Positions 1-9,954 of a DNA stretch of 64,000 nt are shown here, piece by piece. Each line of letters opens with the position of its first letter. The first letter of the stretch is position 1. Origin of the DNA: Candidatus Cloacimonadota bacterium (GTDB taxonomy: Bacteria > Cloacimonadota > Cloacimonadia > G963667145). Position numbers and translations under genes: made by a program. The notes under the pieces are model-generated. The model was not told where the DNA came from and did no database searches. It saw only the letters and a list, made by a program, of their open reading frames with translations. Location: positions 1,216,001-1,280,000 of the forward strand of contig OY762940.1 in the NCBI GenBank assembly GCA_963667255.1. Direction: 5' to 3'.

Positions 1-1146
1 TTTGATGATTTGGATTTATCAAATCCCGATATAGATATCAAAGAGTTGGGTGTTTTATACAGGGAAAGCAGTGCTTTATACAAAGAGATTAAGGAGAATA
101 AAGCTGAATTTGAAAAGCAAATTGCATTACTCAAGACGGCAAATGAGCTGAAAGATTGGGCTAAACAAGATTACGACAATGCTATGAAAATGGTAAAATT
201 CCCTGATACGCAGGGTAAACAAATCGGAGAATTGCTGTTCGGTGATTTTGTTTATGATTTGATATTGAAGGGCGTTACAGCTATCAAAACAGTTAGAACT
301 GCGTCTTCGGCAGAAAAAAAGAAAGAAAAGCAAAAATTGCGGTTTTGGTTGAAAGAAGCACAAATAAATTCAAGGCTAAATAACGGAATCACCATAAAAG
401 GAAATATCAAAAATATTTCCAATGCCCAAAAGTTAACGGGAGAACCGACAATCATATCTCTTTCGCTAACTTCCGAAAAAATTGAATTTATCAAAATTGC
501 GGGTGAACTCAACTATTTGAGCGACAAATCAACGGAAAGCTTTCTTGTTGATATGAAAGGTGTTGGGTTGAGTAACATAAAGTTAAATCAAGAAGTGTTG
601 CCACCTAAAATTAAGTCATGCTCTCTAAATGGTAAAACATCGCTGAGGGTCGTTGGTGACGATATTTTGGTTGATAATTTTACAAATATTAATGATATTT
701 TGTATTCATACGAATATGAAAAACCTGTATCCTCTCAAATGAAAGAGATAGCAGAAATAGTTGGAAGTTCTGCAAATGCCGTATGGGTAAAGGTTAATTG
801 TGAATTTACTTCCGATAAAAATGTGAGTGAAATTAGCTCCAATCTCGATGAAATTGTAAAAAATGCTTTATACAAAAAGTTTTCCAAAGAAAGCAAAAAA
901 TTGGAAGAAAAAATACGAAAAAAAATAGGTTTACAAAAAGAGCAAAAGGAATTAAGTTCACTATTCGAAAAGTTGGATAGTAGAGTGCAGTCTATCTTGT
1001 TTACATCAGAGCCGATTAGTGCCGAGGAAAAAGGCAAAAAAGAGAAAGAAATTAATGACAATTTAATAGAAAAAGGAAAGGAAATAATAGACAACAACGA
1101 GATTAAAGATAAGGCTAAAGAGTTAATAAAAGGAATAAAATTTTGA
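1..1146 (+). CDS. 5'-truncated hypothetical envelope protein (coiled-coil plus beta-rich region; possibly TIGR03545/AsmA-like)
   Basis: The frame is open from position 1, so the start lies upstream of the window. Long Lys/Glu-rich ORF; family assignment is a weak impression. Confidence 0.5.
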   Translation, partial: FDDLDLSNPDIDIKELGVLYRESSALYKEIKENKAEFEKQIALLKTANELKDWAKQDYDNAMKMVKFPDTQGKQIGELLFGDFVYDLILKGVTAIKTVRTASSAEKKKEKQKLRFWLKEAQINSRLNNGITIKGNIKNISNAQKLTGEPTIISLSLTSEKIEFIKIAGELNYLSDKSTESFLVDMKGVGLSNIKLNQEVLPPKIKSCSLNGKTSLRVVGDDILVDNFTNINDILYSYEYEKPVSSQMKEIAEIVGSSANAVWVKVNCEFTSDKNVSEISSNLDEIVKNALYKKFSKESKKLEEKIRKKIGLQKEQKELSSLFEKLDSRVQSILFTSEPISAEEKGKKEKEINDNLIEKGKEIIDNNEIKDKAKELIKGIKF

Positions 1147-2072
1147 GAAAATTACTACTTCTCACTATAACTTTTTTTTGTGCTGTTCTTTTTGCGGATG
1201 AGATAAAAAACCTGACTGATAATTTGCAGGACGAGAAATCATCTTTTTGGGATTCGTTGCAAAAAAAGCAACCGGAAAAGGATACCGAGCGGTTTTTGGT
1301 CTTGGCGAATGTCTATTTTGATATGGGGCATTACTACTCTGCAAGGAAGTATTATAAGCTCTATTTTCAAAAAGGTGATGACCATAAGGCTAAGTTTAAG
1401 ATGGCTTTGTGTGACTTTTATATAGCAGGCGGGAAAAACAAAATCACTTTTGTGAAAAGTTTTGTTAGTGACAATCCGGATAACCTTTTGAACAAATATT
1501 TAATTTTAGAAATGGGGAAATATTATTTAGAAAATAAACAGTATTGGGATGCCTGCAAAGTGTTGGAGAACAACAATCCTCATTTCCCCTATTTAAATTA
1601 TTTCAGAGCTGTTGCGTTTAAGAATTTGGATAAGCCATCCAGCAGTGCTTATCTTTTTGGCTTGGTTATCAAAAATGCCAACACTTCCAAAGTGTTATTG
1701 AAAAATGCGACAGATTTGTATATGGAAGAGATTGCCAAATTGCCTTGGCAGAGAGCAGCCAGCAGAACGAGCAGAGTGATTATGTTTATGCCGTATAGCG
1801 AAAATAAGGTGGAGTTGCTTCTGTTTTTGGCCGGAATTTATGATAAAAATTACTTTTATGCTCAATCGAACGAAATCTATTACGATTTGATTAATACCGA
1901 AAAAATGTATAAGTTATATAAGTTTACCATCAACAATAATGTGGAGTCGAAGAATTACAAAAAGGCTTTACAGGACATTGATACATATTTGGAGCTTTTG
2001 GGTGAATCCAAAGAGAAAAAGGGAATTCTAAAGATAAAAAGCGAGATTGAGGACTTGACCAAGAGTGAATGA
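1143..2072 (+). CDS. Secreted tetratricopeptide-repeat-like protein
   Basis: N-terminal signal peptide (MRKLLLLTITFFCAVLFA); TPR-like helices (LANVYFDMGHYYSARKYY, MGKYYLENKQYWDA). Confidence 0.65.
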   Translation: MRKLLLLTITFFCAVLFADEIKNLTDNLQDEKSSFWDSLQKKQPEKDTERFLVLANVYFDMGHYYSARKYYKLYFQKGDDHKAKFKMALCDFYIAGGKNKITFVKSFVSDNPDNLLNKYLILEMGKYYLENKQYWDACKVLENNNPHFPYLNYFRAVAFKNLDKPSSSAYLFGLVIKNANTSKVLLKNATDLYMEEIAKLPWQRAASRTSRVIMFMPYSENKVELLLFLAGIYDKNYFYAQSNEIYYDLINTEKMYKLYKFTINNNVESKNYKKALQDIDTYLELLGESKEKKGILKIKSEIEDLTKSE

Positions 2073-3768
2073 TATTTATTCTAAGGTGCTTGACCGTGTT
2101 GATATTGTCGATGTTGTTAGCAAATATTTGCCTCTAAAAAAAAATGGCTCCAATTACAAAGCGTGTTGCCCTTTTCATCAGGAAAATACACCTTCGTTCG
2201 TTGTAAGTCAGACAAAACAGATTTTCAAATGTTTTGGTTGCGGTGTCGCCGGAAATGCAGTCAGTTTTGTCAAAGAATACGAAAAAATCTCTTATTATGA
2301 AGCTGCTCTCAAGCTGGCACAGCAATATGGGATTAAGGTAAATGTTGATAAGTTTTCTCGACAAAAAGAGTCTAAGACGAGTTTAATTTTACAAATTTAT
2401 TCGTTAGCAAAAGATTTTTATCGCGAAAATCTTTCTTTGCATGGGAAAATGGCTGTCGAATATTTAAAGAGCAGAAGTATTTCCGAAAACACAATCAAAA
2501 CTTTTGAGTTAGGATTTTCACTAAACTCGCAAACCGCTTTATACAATTACCTGCGAAAAAACAATGTGAACAAAGATATCTTGTTGGAATCAGGTATAGT
2601 TAAGTCCAATAATAAAGGTTATTACGATTTATTTTCCAATAGAGTGGTCTTCCCTATCGTTTCTTCGACCGGTGTTACCGTTGCGTTTGGAGCTCGGGCG
2701 ATGGATAATGCGATGCCCAAATACATAAACTCTCCGACCACCGCTGTTTACCAAAAAAGCAAGGAGTTATACGGTTTCTACATTACTAAGCATGAGATAG
2801 CGAAACTTGACAAGGTGATAATTTGCGAAGGTTATTTGGATTTTTTGCGACTATATGAAAATGGTTATCACAATGCTGTGGCATCTTTGGGAACTTCTCT
2901 GACCGATGAGCAGGTCTCTTTGCTCAGGAGATATTGCAAGAATTTTTACATCCTCTATGACGGCGATGATGCGGGATTAAAGGCGACTTTGCGTGCTGCT
3001 TCCAAAGTGCTTTCTCAATCAGGGGAAGCAAAAATTGTTCGTTTGCCTACGGGAGAAGACCCCGACAGCTTTTTGCTCAAAAAAGGCAAAGAGTCTTTGG
3101 ATGGATTACTCGAGAACTCCCCTACTTATCTGCAATATTTGAAAGACAGTTTGGAGCTGTCGGAAGCGATGGAGGTTCTTTTGGAGGTTGCTGGCTCTAT
3201 CATCAACCAATTGGACAGATTTGTTTTTATCAAAAAAGTTTCGGAAATGTTTGGAGTTGAGGAGTCTGTTTTTTCCTCTCAAGTAAAAACCAAAAAAGTT
3301 TATTTTGAAAAAGACAATAATGCAAGTAAAAATCAGCTTGAAGGCTTGGAAGAAAGGTTGCTCTTGATGGTGTGTATGTCCGAGAAAAGCAAACTACAAG
3401 CTATGGTTTCGGCGTTGTCCTCGACCGATTTTTTGGTTTCTGAGTATAGAAATATCTTTGAAGAGTTGGTGACAGCGAGTGCAGATGAGACTCTCAATCT
3501 CAATGCTTTAGCTTGTCAGAGCAAATTCCCGCAGATATTTAACGAGCTTATTGTGGAGAGTGAGCAAGGAAAGAGCGTGGATTTCGAACAAGTTCTCAAC
3601 GGTTTTCGGATAAAAAAAGAGGTCAATGCAATAAAAGATTTGGACGAAAAGCTCGTCAGCCATTTGAATAGCGAAACCGATAACTCTCTAATGCAAGAGA
3701 TTTTGACGCAAAAAAAGAATGCAAAACAGAGATTGGTTGATCTTGGATATAACAAAACTAAAATTTAA
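2065..3768 (+). CDS. dnaG: DNA primase
   Basis: CHC2 zinc finger (CPFHQENTPSF...FKCFGCG), PKYINSP, TOPRIM motifs EGYLD and YDGDDAG, GEDPD. Confidence 0.97.
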   Translation: MNDIYSKVLDRVDIVDVVSKYLPLKKNGSNYKACCPFHQENTPSFVVSQTKQIFKCFGCGVAGNAVSFVKEYEKISYYEAALKLAQQYGIKVNVDKFSRQKESKTSLILQIYSLAKDFYRENLSLHGKMAVEYLKSRSISENTIKTFELGFSLNSQTALYNYLRKNNVNKDILLESGIVKSNNKGYYDLFSNRVVFPIVSSTGVTVAFGARAMDNAMPKYINSPTTAVYQKSKELYGFYITKHEIAKLDKVIICEGYLDFLRLYENGYHNAVASLGTSLTDEQVSLLRRYCKNFYILYDGDDAGLKATLRAASKVLSQSGEAKIVRLPTGEDPDSFLLKKGKESLDGLLENSPTYLQYLKDSLELSEAMEVLLEVAGSIINQLDRFVFIKKVSEMFGVEESVFSSQVKTKKVYFEKDNNASKNQLEGLEERLLLMVCMSEKSKLQAMVSALSSTDFLVSEYRNIFEELVTASADETLNLNALACQSKFPQIFNELIVESEQGKSVDFEQVLNGFRIKKEVNAIKDLDEKLVSHLNSETDNSLMQEILTQKKNAKQRLVDLGYNKTKI

Positions 3769-3786
3769 GGATATCGACCAAATAAA

Positions 3787-4395
3787 GTGAAAGAAATTTT
3801 AATAACTCTTTATAATTCAAATGTTTTTGACTATTTCATCTTGCCTCTATTTATTTTTTTGGCGAAAATAACGGAAGTCTCTATTGGAACATTGAGAATT
3901 ATTTTTGTATCCAAAAACAATAAACTTTTATCTGGAATTACTGGCTTTTTTGAGGCTTTGATTTGGCTTATTGTTATAGCAAAAATCTTTGAAAATGTTA
4001 GTAATGTTTACAGTTATTTGGCGTATGCTACGGGATTTGCTGCCGGCGTAGTTGTGGGAGTGATGGTCGAAGAAAAGCTTGCCATGGGGACTGTGCTGGT
4101 AAGGATTATAACGCAAAAAGAAGCGGATTTATTAATCGATTACTTCAAGGAAAGCAATTTTAGAATAACTTATTTTGAGGCAATATCTAATAAGGACGAA
4201 AAATCAAACATCATCTATGTTGTTGCTAATAGGATAGATATAGGGTTTTTGGTTAAGAAGATAAAGACACTAAATCCCAAAGCTTTTTACACAATTGAGG
4301 ATATAAAATTCGTGAGCGAAAAATTGGTCAAACACCACTTCATTTTTAATAAAGTTTTTAAAAGAAACTCGCTAAAGTTTTTCAAGAAGAAATAG
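3787..4395 (+). CDS. UPF0316 / DUF2179-family membrane protein
   Basis: IFLAKITEVSIGTLRII, GFFEALIWL, YATGFAAG, EEKLAMG, NPKAFYTIEDIK. Confidence 0.85.
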   Translation: MKEILITLYNSNVFDYFILPLFIFLAKITEVSIGTLRIIFVSKNNKLLSGITGFFEALIWLIVIAKIFENVSNVYSYLAYATGFAAGVVVGVMVEEKLAMGTVLVRIITQKEADLLIDYFKESNFRITYFEAISNKDEKSNIIYVVANRIDIGFLVKKIKTLNPKAFYTIEDIKFVSEKLVKHHFIFNKVFKRNSLKFFKKK

Positions 4396-4406
4396 GGCGG
4401 AAAAAA

Positions 4407-5063
4407 ATGAAAAAAATTATTATTGTAGTTGGAGCTTATGGTAGCGGGAAAAGTGAATATTCTGCCAATTTAGCATATAGAGAAGGGAAATCGGTTATTG
4501 TTGATTTGGATATAATGAATCCTTACTTTAGAACTAGAGAATTAACGGAAAGATTTGCTGCCATTGGGATTGAAGTTGTTGCTCCCGAAGGTTCATTTCG
4601 CCATACTGAACTTCCCATGCTTTCACCGAGAATACAAGCAAAAATCGAAGAAAAAGATAAGATGATTATAATGGACATTGGTGGAGACCCTTTAGGGATG
4701 AAAGTGCTCGGACGCTACAAAAAAAATCTCACTAATAGAGGTTACGATCTCAGGATGGTTGTTAACACCAAGCGTCCTCAAACCTCTTCTGTAAAAGCAG
4801 TCTTAGAGATGTTTGATGAATTTGAATACTATTCTAAAATGAAAATAACAACTTTGGTTTCCAATACAAATTTGATGGAGTATACTAATTTGGAAGTTGT
4901 CACAGAAGGAGTAAGAATTGTTTCGGAAGTTGCCAAAATGAAAGGTGTAGATTTCTTTGAATACTGTGTCTTAAAAAAGAATTGCAGGGGCATTCCAGAT
5001 AAAATTGGTGAACAAAATATTTTTATAATGGATTATTTTTTGGGCAAGCCTTGGGAAAGATGA
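4407..5063 (+). CDS. P-loop ATP-binding protein (MinD/CobQ-like, conserved in anaerobes)
   Basis: Walker A GAYGSGKS; DLDIMNPYFRTRE; DIGGDP. Confidence 0.8.
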   Translation: MKKIIIVVGAYGSGKSEYSANLAYREGKSVIVDLDIMNPYFRTRELTERFAAIGIEVVAPEGSFRHTELPMLSPRIQAKIEEKDKMIIMDIGGDPLGMKVLGRYKKNLTNRGYDLRMVVNTKRPQTSSVKAVLEMFDEFEYYSKMKITTLVSNTNLMEYTNLEVVTEGVRIVSEVAKMKGVDFFEYCVLKKNCRGIPDKIGEQNIFIMDYFLGKPWER

Positions 5064-6253
5064 ACTTACCTTTTTTTTTCTCGTTAAGATACTTAAAAGG
5101 GAAAAGTAGATTTCCAATCAGTTTATGGTCGCTATTGAGTTGTGTGGGGATTTTCTTCGGAGTGTTTTCGATTTTGGTCTCTTCCGCCTTCATGGACGGA
5201 CTCAAGCAAGTAATGATGGATTCGTTGCTACAAAGCAGAGCACATATCACTATCAAAAGCAACGCAAATCAAGTTTTTGAGCAAAACTTTATAGAAGAAT
5301 TGCAAAACGATAACGACATCCAATTTTTTTCTTTTGTAATTCGCACCCAAGGCGTCATAAAGGTAGGAAATAAGTTTCAAGGAGTGCAAATTCAAGGAAT
5401 TGATTTTGCTAAACATAGAAAAATTTTGCCTTATCTAAATTCTCTATCAATAACCAAGTTGTCTGACAATCAAATTGTTCTCGGAAATACTCTTAAAACT
5501 CGTTTGAATATTTTTGACGGAACTCCGATTTACTTTTATTCGTTGCAACACACTCAAATTACAGCATTTGGAACATTGCCTGCGATTTATAAATTTAGCT
5601 TGTCAGATGAGTATTTCTGTGATGACAAAGTTTCGGAAGGCAATTTAGTGTTTGTTAACTTATCTACAGCTCAAAGGATTGCAGGCAAAAAGCGTGCAAA
5701 ATCTTTGGAAATTCATCTGAAGAGTCCGGATAACGCTGAAGTTGTGGCGGAGAGGTTGCAAGCGAAGTTAGGAGAAGGATTTACGGTGAGCGGTTGGTAT
5801 CAGGAAGATAAAACTATTTACAATTCATTGAAGATAGAAAGTATTGCTCTCAACTTGGTTCTTTTCTTGATAGTTATTTTGGCGATTTTTAATATGAGTG
5901 GTAATTTTTTGCGGTTGGTGAGCGAAAAGAGCGGAGAGATAGGCATTTTGAAATCGATGGGACTTCAGCAATCGCAAATAAAGAAGATTTTCATCTATTG
6001 CGGACTATTGATAGCCGGCATTGGAGTTGTGGTTGGTATTTTGGTTGCCTATGTTTTCTTGCATCTGCAATACAATTATCATCTAATAAAAATTCCTATT
6101 CAAGGATTGGGTTTTGACTATTTGCCTGTAGAGATTTCGTATGTTAACGGAGTTTTTATCTTTTGTGCGGTAATACTGTCCAGCCTGTTTTTTAGTTATT
6201 ATCCGTGCCAAAAATTGAAAAAGATTGAACCGATTAAAGTGATAAAAGGATGA
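5060..6253 (+). CDS. LolC/LolE-family (FtsX-like) ABC permease
   Basis: N-terminal TM, large periplasmic domain, EKSGEIGILKSMG motif and C-terminal TMs. ATG at 5060 overlaps the upstream stop. Confidence 0.85.
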   Translation: MNLPFFFSLRYLKGKSRFPISLWSLLSCVGIFFGVFSILVSSAFMDGLKQVMMDSLLQSRAHITIKSNANQVFEQNFIEELQNDNDIQFFSFVIRTQGVIKVGNKFQGVQIQGIDFAKHRKILPYLNSLSITKLSDNQIVLGNTLKTRLNIFDGTPIYFYSLQHTQITAFGTLPAIYKFSLSDEYFCDDKVSEGNLVFVNLSTAQRIAGKKRAKSLEIHLKSPDNAEVVAERLQAKLGEGFTVSGWYQEDKTIYNSLKIESIALNLVLFLIVILAIFNMSGNFLRLVSEKSGEIGILKSMGLQQSQIKKIFIYCGLLIAGIGVVVGILVAYVFLHLQYNYHLIKIPIQGLGFDYLPVEISYVNGVFIFCAVILSSLFFSYYPCQKLKKIEPIKVIKG

Positions 6254-7224
6254 AGAATTTGAGACACAAGAAAAGAAAATTACTGTTTTTATTCGCTCTG
6301 ATTGTTTTGCTAACGGCTTTTTGGATGCCCGATTCGTCTTCGCACAAGATTAAATACATAGAGCGAAGCTCCGACAAAGTAAAAGTAGAAGAGGTTGCCG
6401 GCGAAAAATGGCTGATTTGGCTATACAATAACCCAGTCGGGAGGCTATCTACAAAAGCTATCGTTAAACGAAAATTTGTTTCCGGCTGGTATGGCAAGAT
6501 GATGGACAGTCCGAAATCGCAAGAAAAAATTTCCTCTTTCATTTCCACTTATGACATCGACACCTCGATAGCAATAATGGAAGATTTTTCCAATTTCAAC
6601 GAGTTTTTTATCAGAAAATTGAAAAAATCCGCTCGCCCGATTGATGCGATGGAAAATTCCGTTGCTTCTCCGGCTGATGGCAAAGTGTTGGCTTGGGAAA
6701 ATCTGGACGAAAGCGATTTTATCGTCAAAGGTTACAAATTTAATCTCAGCGAATATTTGCAGGATGATGAACTTGCCAAAAAGTTTGCAGGTGGCTCAAT
6801 GATGCTTTTCCGCCTTTGCCCTACCGACTATCATCGCTTTCATTTTCCTGTGAGTGGAGTTGTCGAAGAGAACAAGAAAATTGACGGGGATTACTATTCT
6901 GTATCCCCTATTGCCATAAAAAAAATCGTCGAGCTTTTTTGTTTAAACAAAAGAGAGTTGACATTAATCGGGACAAAAGATTTTGGAGACATTATCATGA
7001 GTGAGATTGGTGCCACGATGGTTGGGAGCATCATCAACACTTATGTCGGCGACACTGTTGCCAAAGGTCAAGAAAAAGGCTACTTCAAATTTGGCGGTTC
7101 TTCAGTTTTGCTTATATTTGAAAAAGGCAAAGTTACTATTGACCGAGATATTTTGGAGAATACCAAAAAAGGCTTTGAGACGAAAATTTTTATGGGAGAA
7201 AGAGTAGCTATTGGCAAAGAATAG
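6250..7224 (+). CDS. psd: Phosphatidylserine decarboxylase proenzyme
   Basis: FNEFFIRKLK, SPADG, RLCPTDYHRFHFP, YSVSP, GATMVGSI, FKFGGSS self-cleavage motif. Confidence 0.93.
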   Translation: MKNLRHKKRKLLFLFALIVLLTAFWMPDSSSHKIKYIERSSDKVKVEEVAGEKWLIWLYNNPVGRLSTKAIVKRKFVSGWYGKMMDSPKSQEKISSFISTYDIDTSIAIMEDFSNFNEFFIRKLKKSARPIDAMENSVASPADGKVLAWENLDESDFIVKGYKFNLSEYLQDDELAKKFAGGSMMLFRLCPTDYHRFHFPVSGVVEENKKIDGDYYSVSPIAIKKIVELFCLNKRELTLIGTKDFGDIIMSEIGATMVGSIINTYVGDTVAKGQEKGYFKFGGSSVLLIFEKGKVTIDRDILENTKKGFETKIFMGERVAIGKE

Positions 7225-7230
7225 CAATTT

Positions 7231-8499
7231 ATGGAGAGAAAGATGAATTTTGATCAAATTAGCAGAGAGAGTGAGTTTTACGGCAACACTTCCGCCGTGG
7301 AATTGATAGAGAAGTATGGTTCGCCATTGTATGTATATAATGAGAATATTCTGAAAAAACGCTGTCGTGAGATGATGAATCTTGTCAGATATCCGAAGTT
7401 TAAGGTGCATTATTCGGTCAAAGCTAACTCCAACTTGGAGTTAATGAAGATAATCCGCAACGAAGGTCTGTATGTAGATGCGATGTCCCCTGGGGAGATG
7501 TATGCGGAGCTAAAAGTCGGATTTAAGCCTGAGCAGATTTTGTTTATTTGCAATAATGTGTCCGCTGAAGAGATGAGATTTGCCATAGACAGAGATATCA
7601 GAGTCAGCGTTGATTCCTTGTCTCAACTGGATTTGTATGGACAATTAAATCCCGGTGGAGATGTTTTTGTGAGGATTAATCCTGGAATTGGTGTTGGTCA
7701 CAGCGAAAATGTGATTACCGGTGGCAAGAAAACCAAATTTGGTATAGAGATGAAATCTATCCCCGAGCTCAAAAATATTTTGGCAAAGCATAAACTCAAT
7801 CTTATCGGCATCAATCAACACCTCGGTAGCCATTTTATGAGTTGGTTCGAGTATATCAACTCCGTGAATGTTGTTTTGAGGATTGCCCGAGAGTTTGAGG
7901 ATTTGCAGATTATAGATTTGGGTGGTGGCTTTGGTGTGCCCTATCACAAGCAAGACAACGAACAAAGGCTCAATCTTTCCGAACTTGGCAGTGAGCTTAA
8001 CGCTCGACTTTTGCAATGGGCTAACGAATATAATAGAGAAATCGAGTTTCGTGTAGAACCTGGTCGTTATATCGTGGCGGAATGCGGTATTCTGCTTGGC
8101 ACAGTGTTTACCAAAAAAGAGAACGATTATCGGAAATACATCGGGACAAATCTTGGCTTTAACCAATTCAAAAGGAAAGTGATGTATGATTCATATCACG
8201 ATATTGAAATTTATCGCAAAAGCGAAGACATCGACCTCAATGACAGAGAAAAAGTGATTATCGTCGGCGATATCTGTGAATCGGGAGATATCATAGCTTC
8301 CGACCGCTATTTGCCGAAAATCGAAGAAGGCGATATTCTTGGCGTGATGGATGCCGGAGCCTACGGCTTCAGTATGGCATGCAACTACAACAATAGATTG
8401 CGACCAGCTGAGGTTCTCATCGATTCCGAGGGTAATGACAGATTGATAAGAAGACGCGAAACATTTGAAGATTTGATGGCGTGCTTTGTGGAAGAGTAA
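7231..8499 (+). CDS. lysA: Diaminopimelate decarboxylase
   Basis: YSVKAN (PLP Lys), KFGI, HLGS, DLGGG, EPGRY, GDICESGD, GAYG..M..NYN. Confidence 0.95.
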   Translation: MERKMNFDQISRESEFYGNTSAVELIEKYGSPLYVYNENILKKRCREMMNLVRYPKFKVHYSVKANSNLELMKIIRNEGLYVDAMSPGEMYAELKVGFKPEQILFICNNVSAEEMRFAIDRDIRVSVDSLSQLDLYGQLNPGGDVFVRINPGIGVGHSENVITGGKKTKFGIEMKSIPELKNILAKHKLNLIGINQHLGSHFMSWFEYINSVNVVLRIAREFEDLQIIDLGGGFGVPYHKQDNEQRLNLSELGSELNARLLQWANEYNREIEFRVEPGRYIVAECGILLGTVFTKKENDYRKYIGTNLGFNQFKRKVMYDSYHDIEIYRKSEDIDLNDREKVIIVGDICESGDIIASDRYLPKIEEGDILGVMDAGAYGFSMACNYNNRLRPAEVLIDSEGNDRLIRRRETFEDLMACFVEE

Positions 8500-8517
8500 A
8501 ATAGCTGATTAATTTTT

Positions 8518-8552
8518 AAAAAACGGAATTGAAACTCAATTCCGTTTTTTTT
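8518..8552. terminator. Bidirectional Rho-independent terminator between lysA and the insert
   Basis: AAAAAA-CGGAATTGA-aac-TCAATTCCG-TTTTTTTT: perfect stem with A and T tracts on both sides. Confidence 0.9.
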
Positions 8553-8633
8553 GTTATACTTGATTTAGTTTAGATATTTGGGTGGAGGGCGTTATTGGCT
8601 GTTGTATGTAGTTTAGCTTATTATATATTTTAC

Positions 8634-9917
8634 TTACTCTCCCTCATTTAGGTTAGTCTCTCTCAATAAACCTATTTCGCTTGGAATATCAAAATCATCA
8701 ACGGTTTCATTGTCATATAAGAACACAATTTTTTTTCCGCATTTATAAGCATATCCGATTTCAAGAGAGGTTTTTGTTCCTACATATTTGTCAAAGTTGC
8801 AAACTATAATCATGTCACATGTTTCAATTGCTTTTAAGTGAAGTGCTTCAACAGACCAAGTGCAACGGTTAATAATTTTATCATTTTTAAAAAGAATAAA
8901 ACCTTTCTCAGACCCAACCACTTCAGTATTTAATGGACTATCTACAGTAATACCTTGAGTTTTGAGCACGCCAATTAGCTTTGTAATTTTATCAAGTTGT
9001 TTATTAAAACTTCCGCAAATTACAACATTTTTTACCTCTTGAACATTTATTCCATCAATTAAATTTGAGTCTGAGGGAATTATTTTGTTTATCCCATATT
9101 GCATACAAATAGCTTGAGCTATTGCGGAACAAGCTCTTGCTCCATTCATCCAAGCCGGATTATTAGGCATCATATTACGCAAATCAGCAATTGTTATTTC
9201 AGAAAATATACGTTTATTCTGAATACAATAATTATCAATTGTAATCATTGATGGATGATTTTCATCATCAAAAATATTGTTTTTCTCTAAATAATATCCT
9301 GCAACGTTCATATATGTTAATTCTCCACCTGTATATATTGCAGTATCATATCTTCTATCAACAAAAGGAAGCATATTTGAAATATACTCAACTACTTCGC
9401 TTAAAGGAGTTGGGCTGTACTCTTCATTTATCGCGTTATATTTTTTTAGTATTGTTCCAACACCCAAAGATAACATTTTTCGTTCCGTTACGAAACCGTT
9501 ATTGTAAAAAATCAATTCCGTTGTTTTTCCTCCTATATTTATAATCACTAACTTATTCTTATAATCACAATTTCCTATCCATGCTTTTTCCAAATAAAAT
9601 GCCTCTAATTCATGTGAAACAATATTAAAAAAAAGTCGAGTCATAGTATAAAATTCTTCAATAAAAGCTTGCTTATTAGTAAGCTCTCTAAAAATTCCTG
9701 TAGCAAACAACTTAGTATTACTACGTGTAAGTGATAATTCTTCTATCGTTTCATTAAAAAACGAGTACATGTTTTCTTTATTCAGACTTGATAAACCTAT
9801 CGCTGAGTCAAATTCATCCTTAAAATCAAATGTTTTCGCTTTAATAAGTTTTACTCTTACCCCATCATGTGTATATATTTTTACAGTTGAAGATCCTACA
9901 TCAATTAAATATTTCAT
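8634..9917 (-). CDS. Ppx/GppA-like ASKHA-fold phosphatase domain fused to a C-terminal nucleoside 2-deoxyribosyltransferase (NDT)-like domain
   Basis: IDVGSSTVK (phosphate-1), ATGIFRE, ELEA, NIGGKTTE (phosphate-2), SLGVG, TGGE, SDSNLIDG; C-terminus VVICGS...HLKAIETCD...YVGTKTSLEIGYAYKCGK. Start placed at ATG 9917, which has an AAGGA SD. Confidence 0.75.
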   Translation of the reverse strand: MKYLIDVGSSTVKIYTHDGVRVKLIKAKTFDFKDEFDSAIGLSSLNKENMYSFFNETIEELSLTRSNTKLFATGIFRELTNKQAFIEEFYTMTRLFFNIVSHELEAFYLEKAWIGNCDYKNKLVIINIGGKTTELIFYNNGFVTERKMLSLGVGTILKKYNAINEEYSPTPLSEVVEYISNMLPFVDRRYDTAIYTGGELTYMNVAGYYLEKNNIFDDENHPSMITIDNYCIQNKRIFSEITIADLRNMMPNNPAWMNGARACSAIAQAICMQYGINKIIPSDSNLIDGINVQEVKNVVICGSFNKQLDKITKLIGVLKTQGITVDSPLNTEVVGSEKGFILFKNDKIINRCTWSVEALHLKAIETCDMIIVCNFDKYVGTKTSLEIGYAYKCGKKIVFLYDNETVDDFDIPSEIGLLRETNLNEGE

Positions 9918-9954
9918 TTTTTCATCCTTAGTTATTGTTTTTTTCCGTAATAAG

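Noticed and set aside
8634..9917. Calling gene B a housekeeping ppx/gppA, or gene A a housekeeping mtnN
   Set aside because: Both carry atypical fusions (an NDT-like C-terminus rather than the HD-type domain of Ppx), have foreign base composition, and form a paralogous pair.
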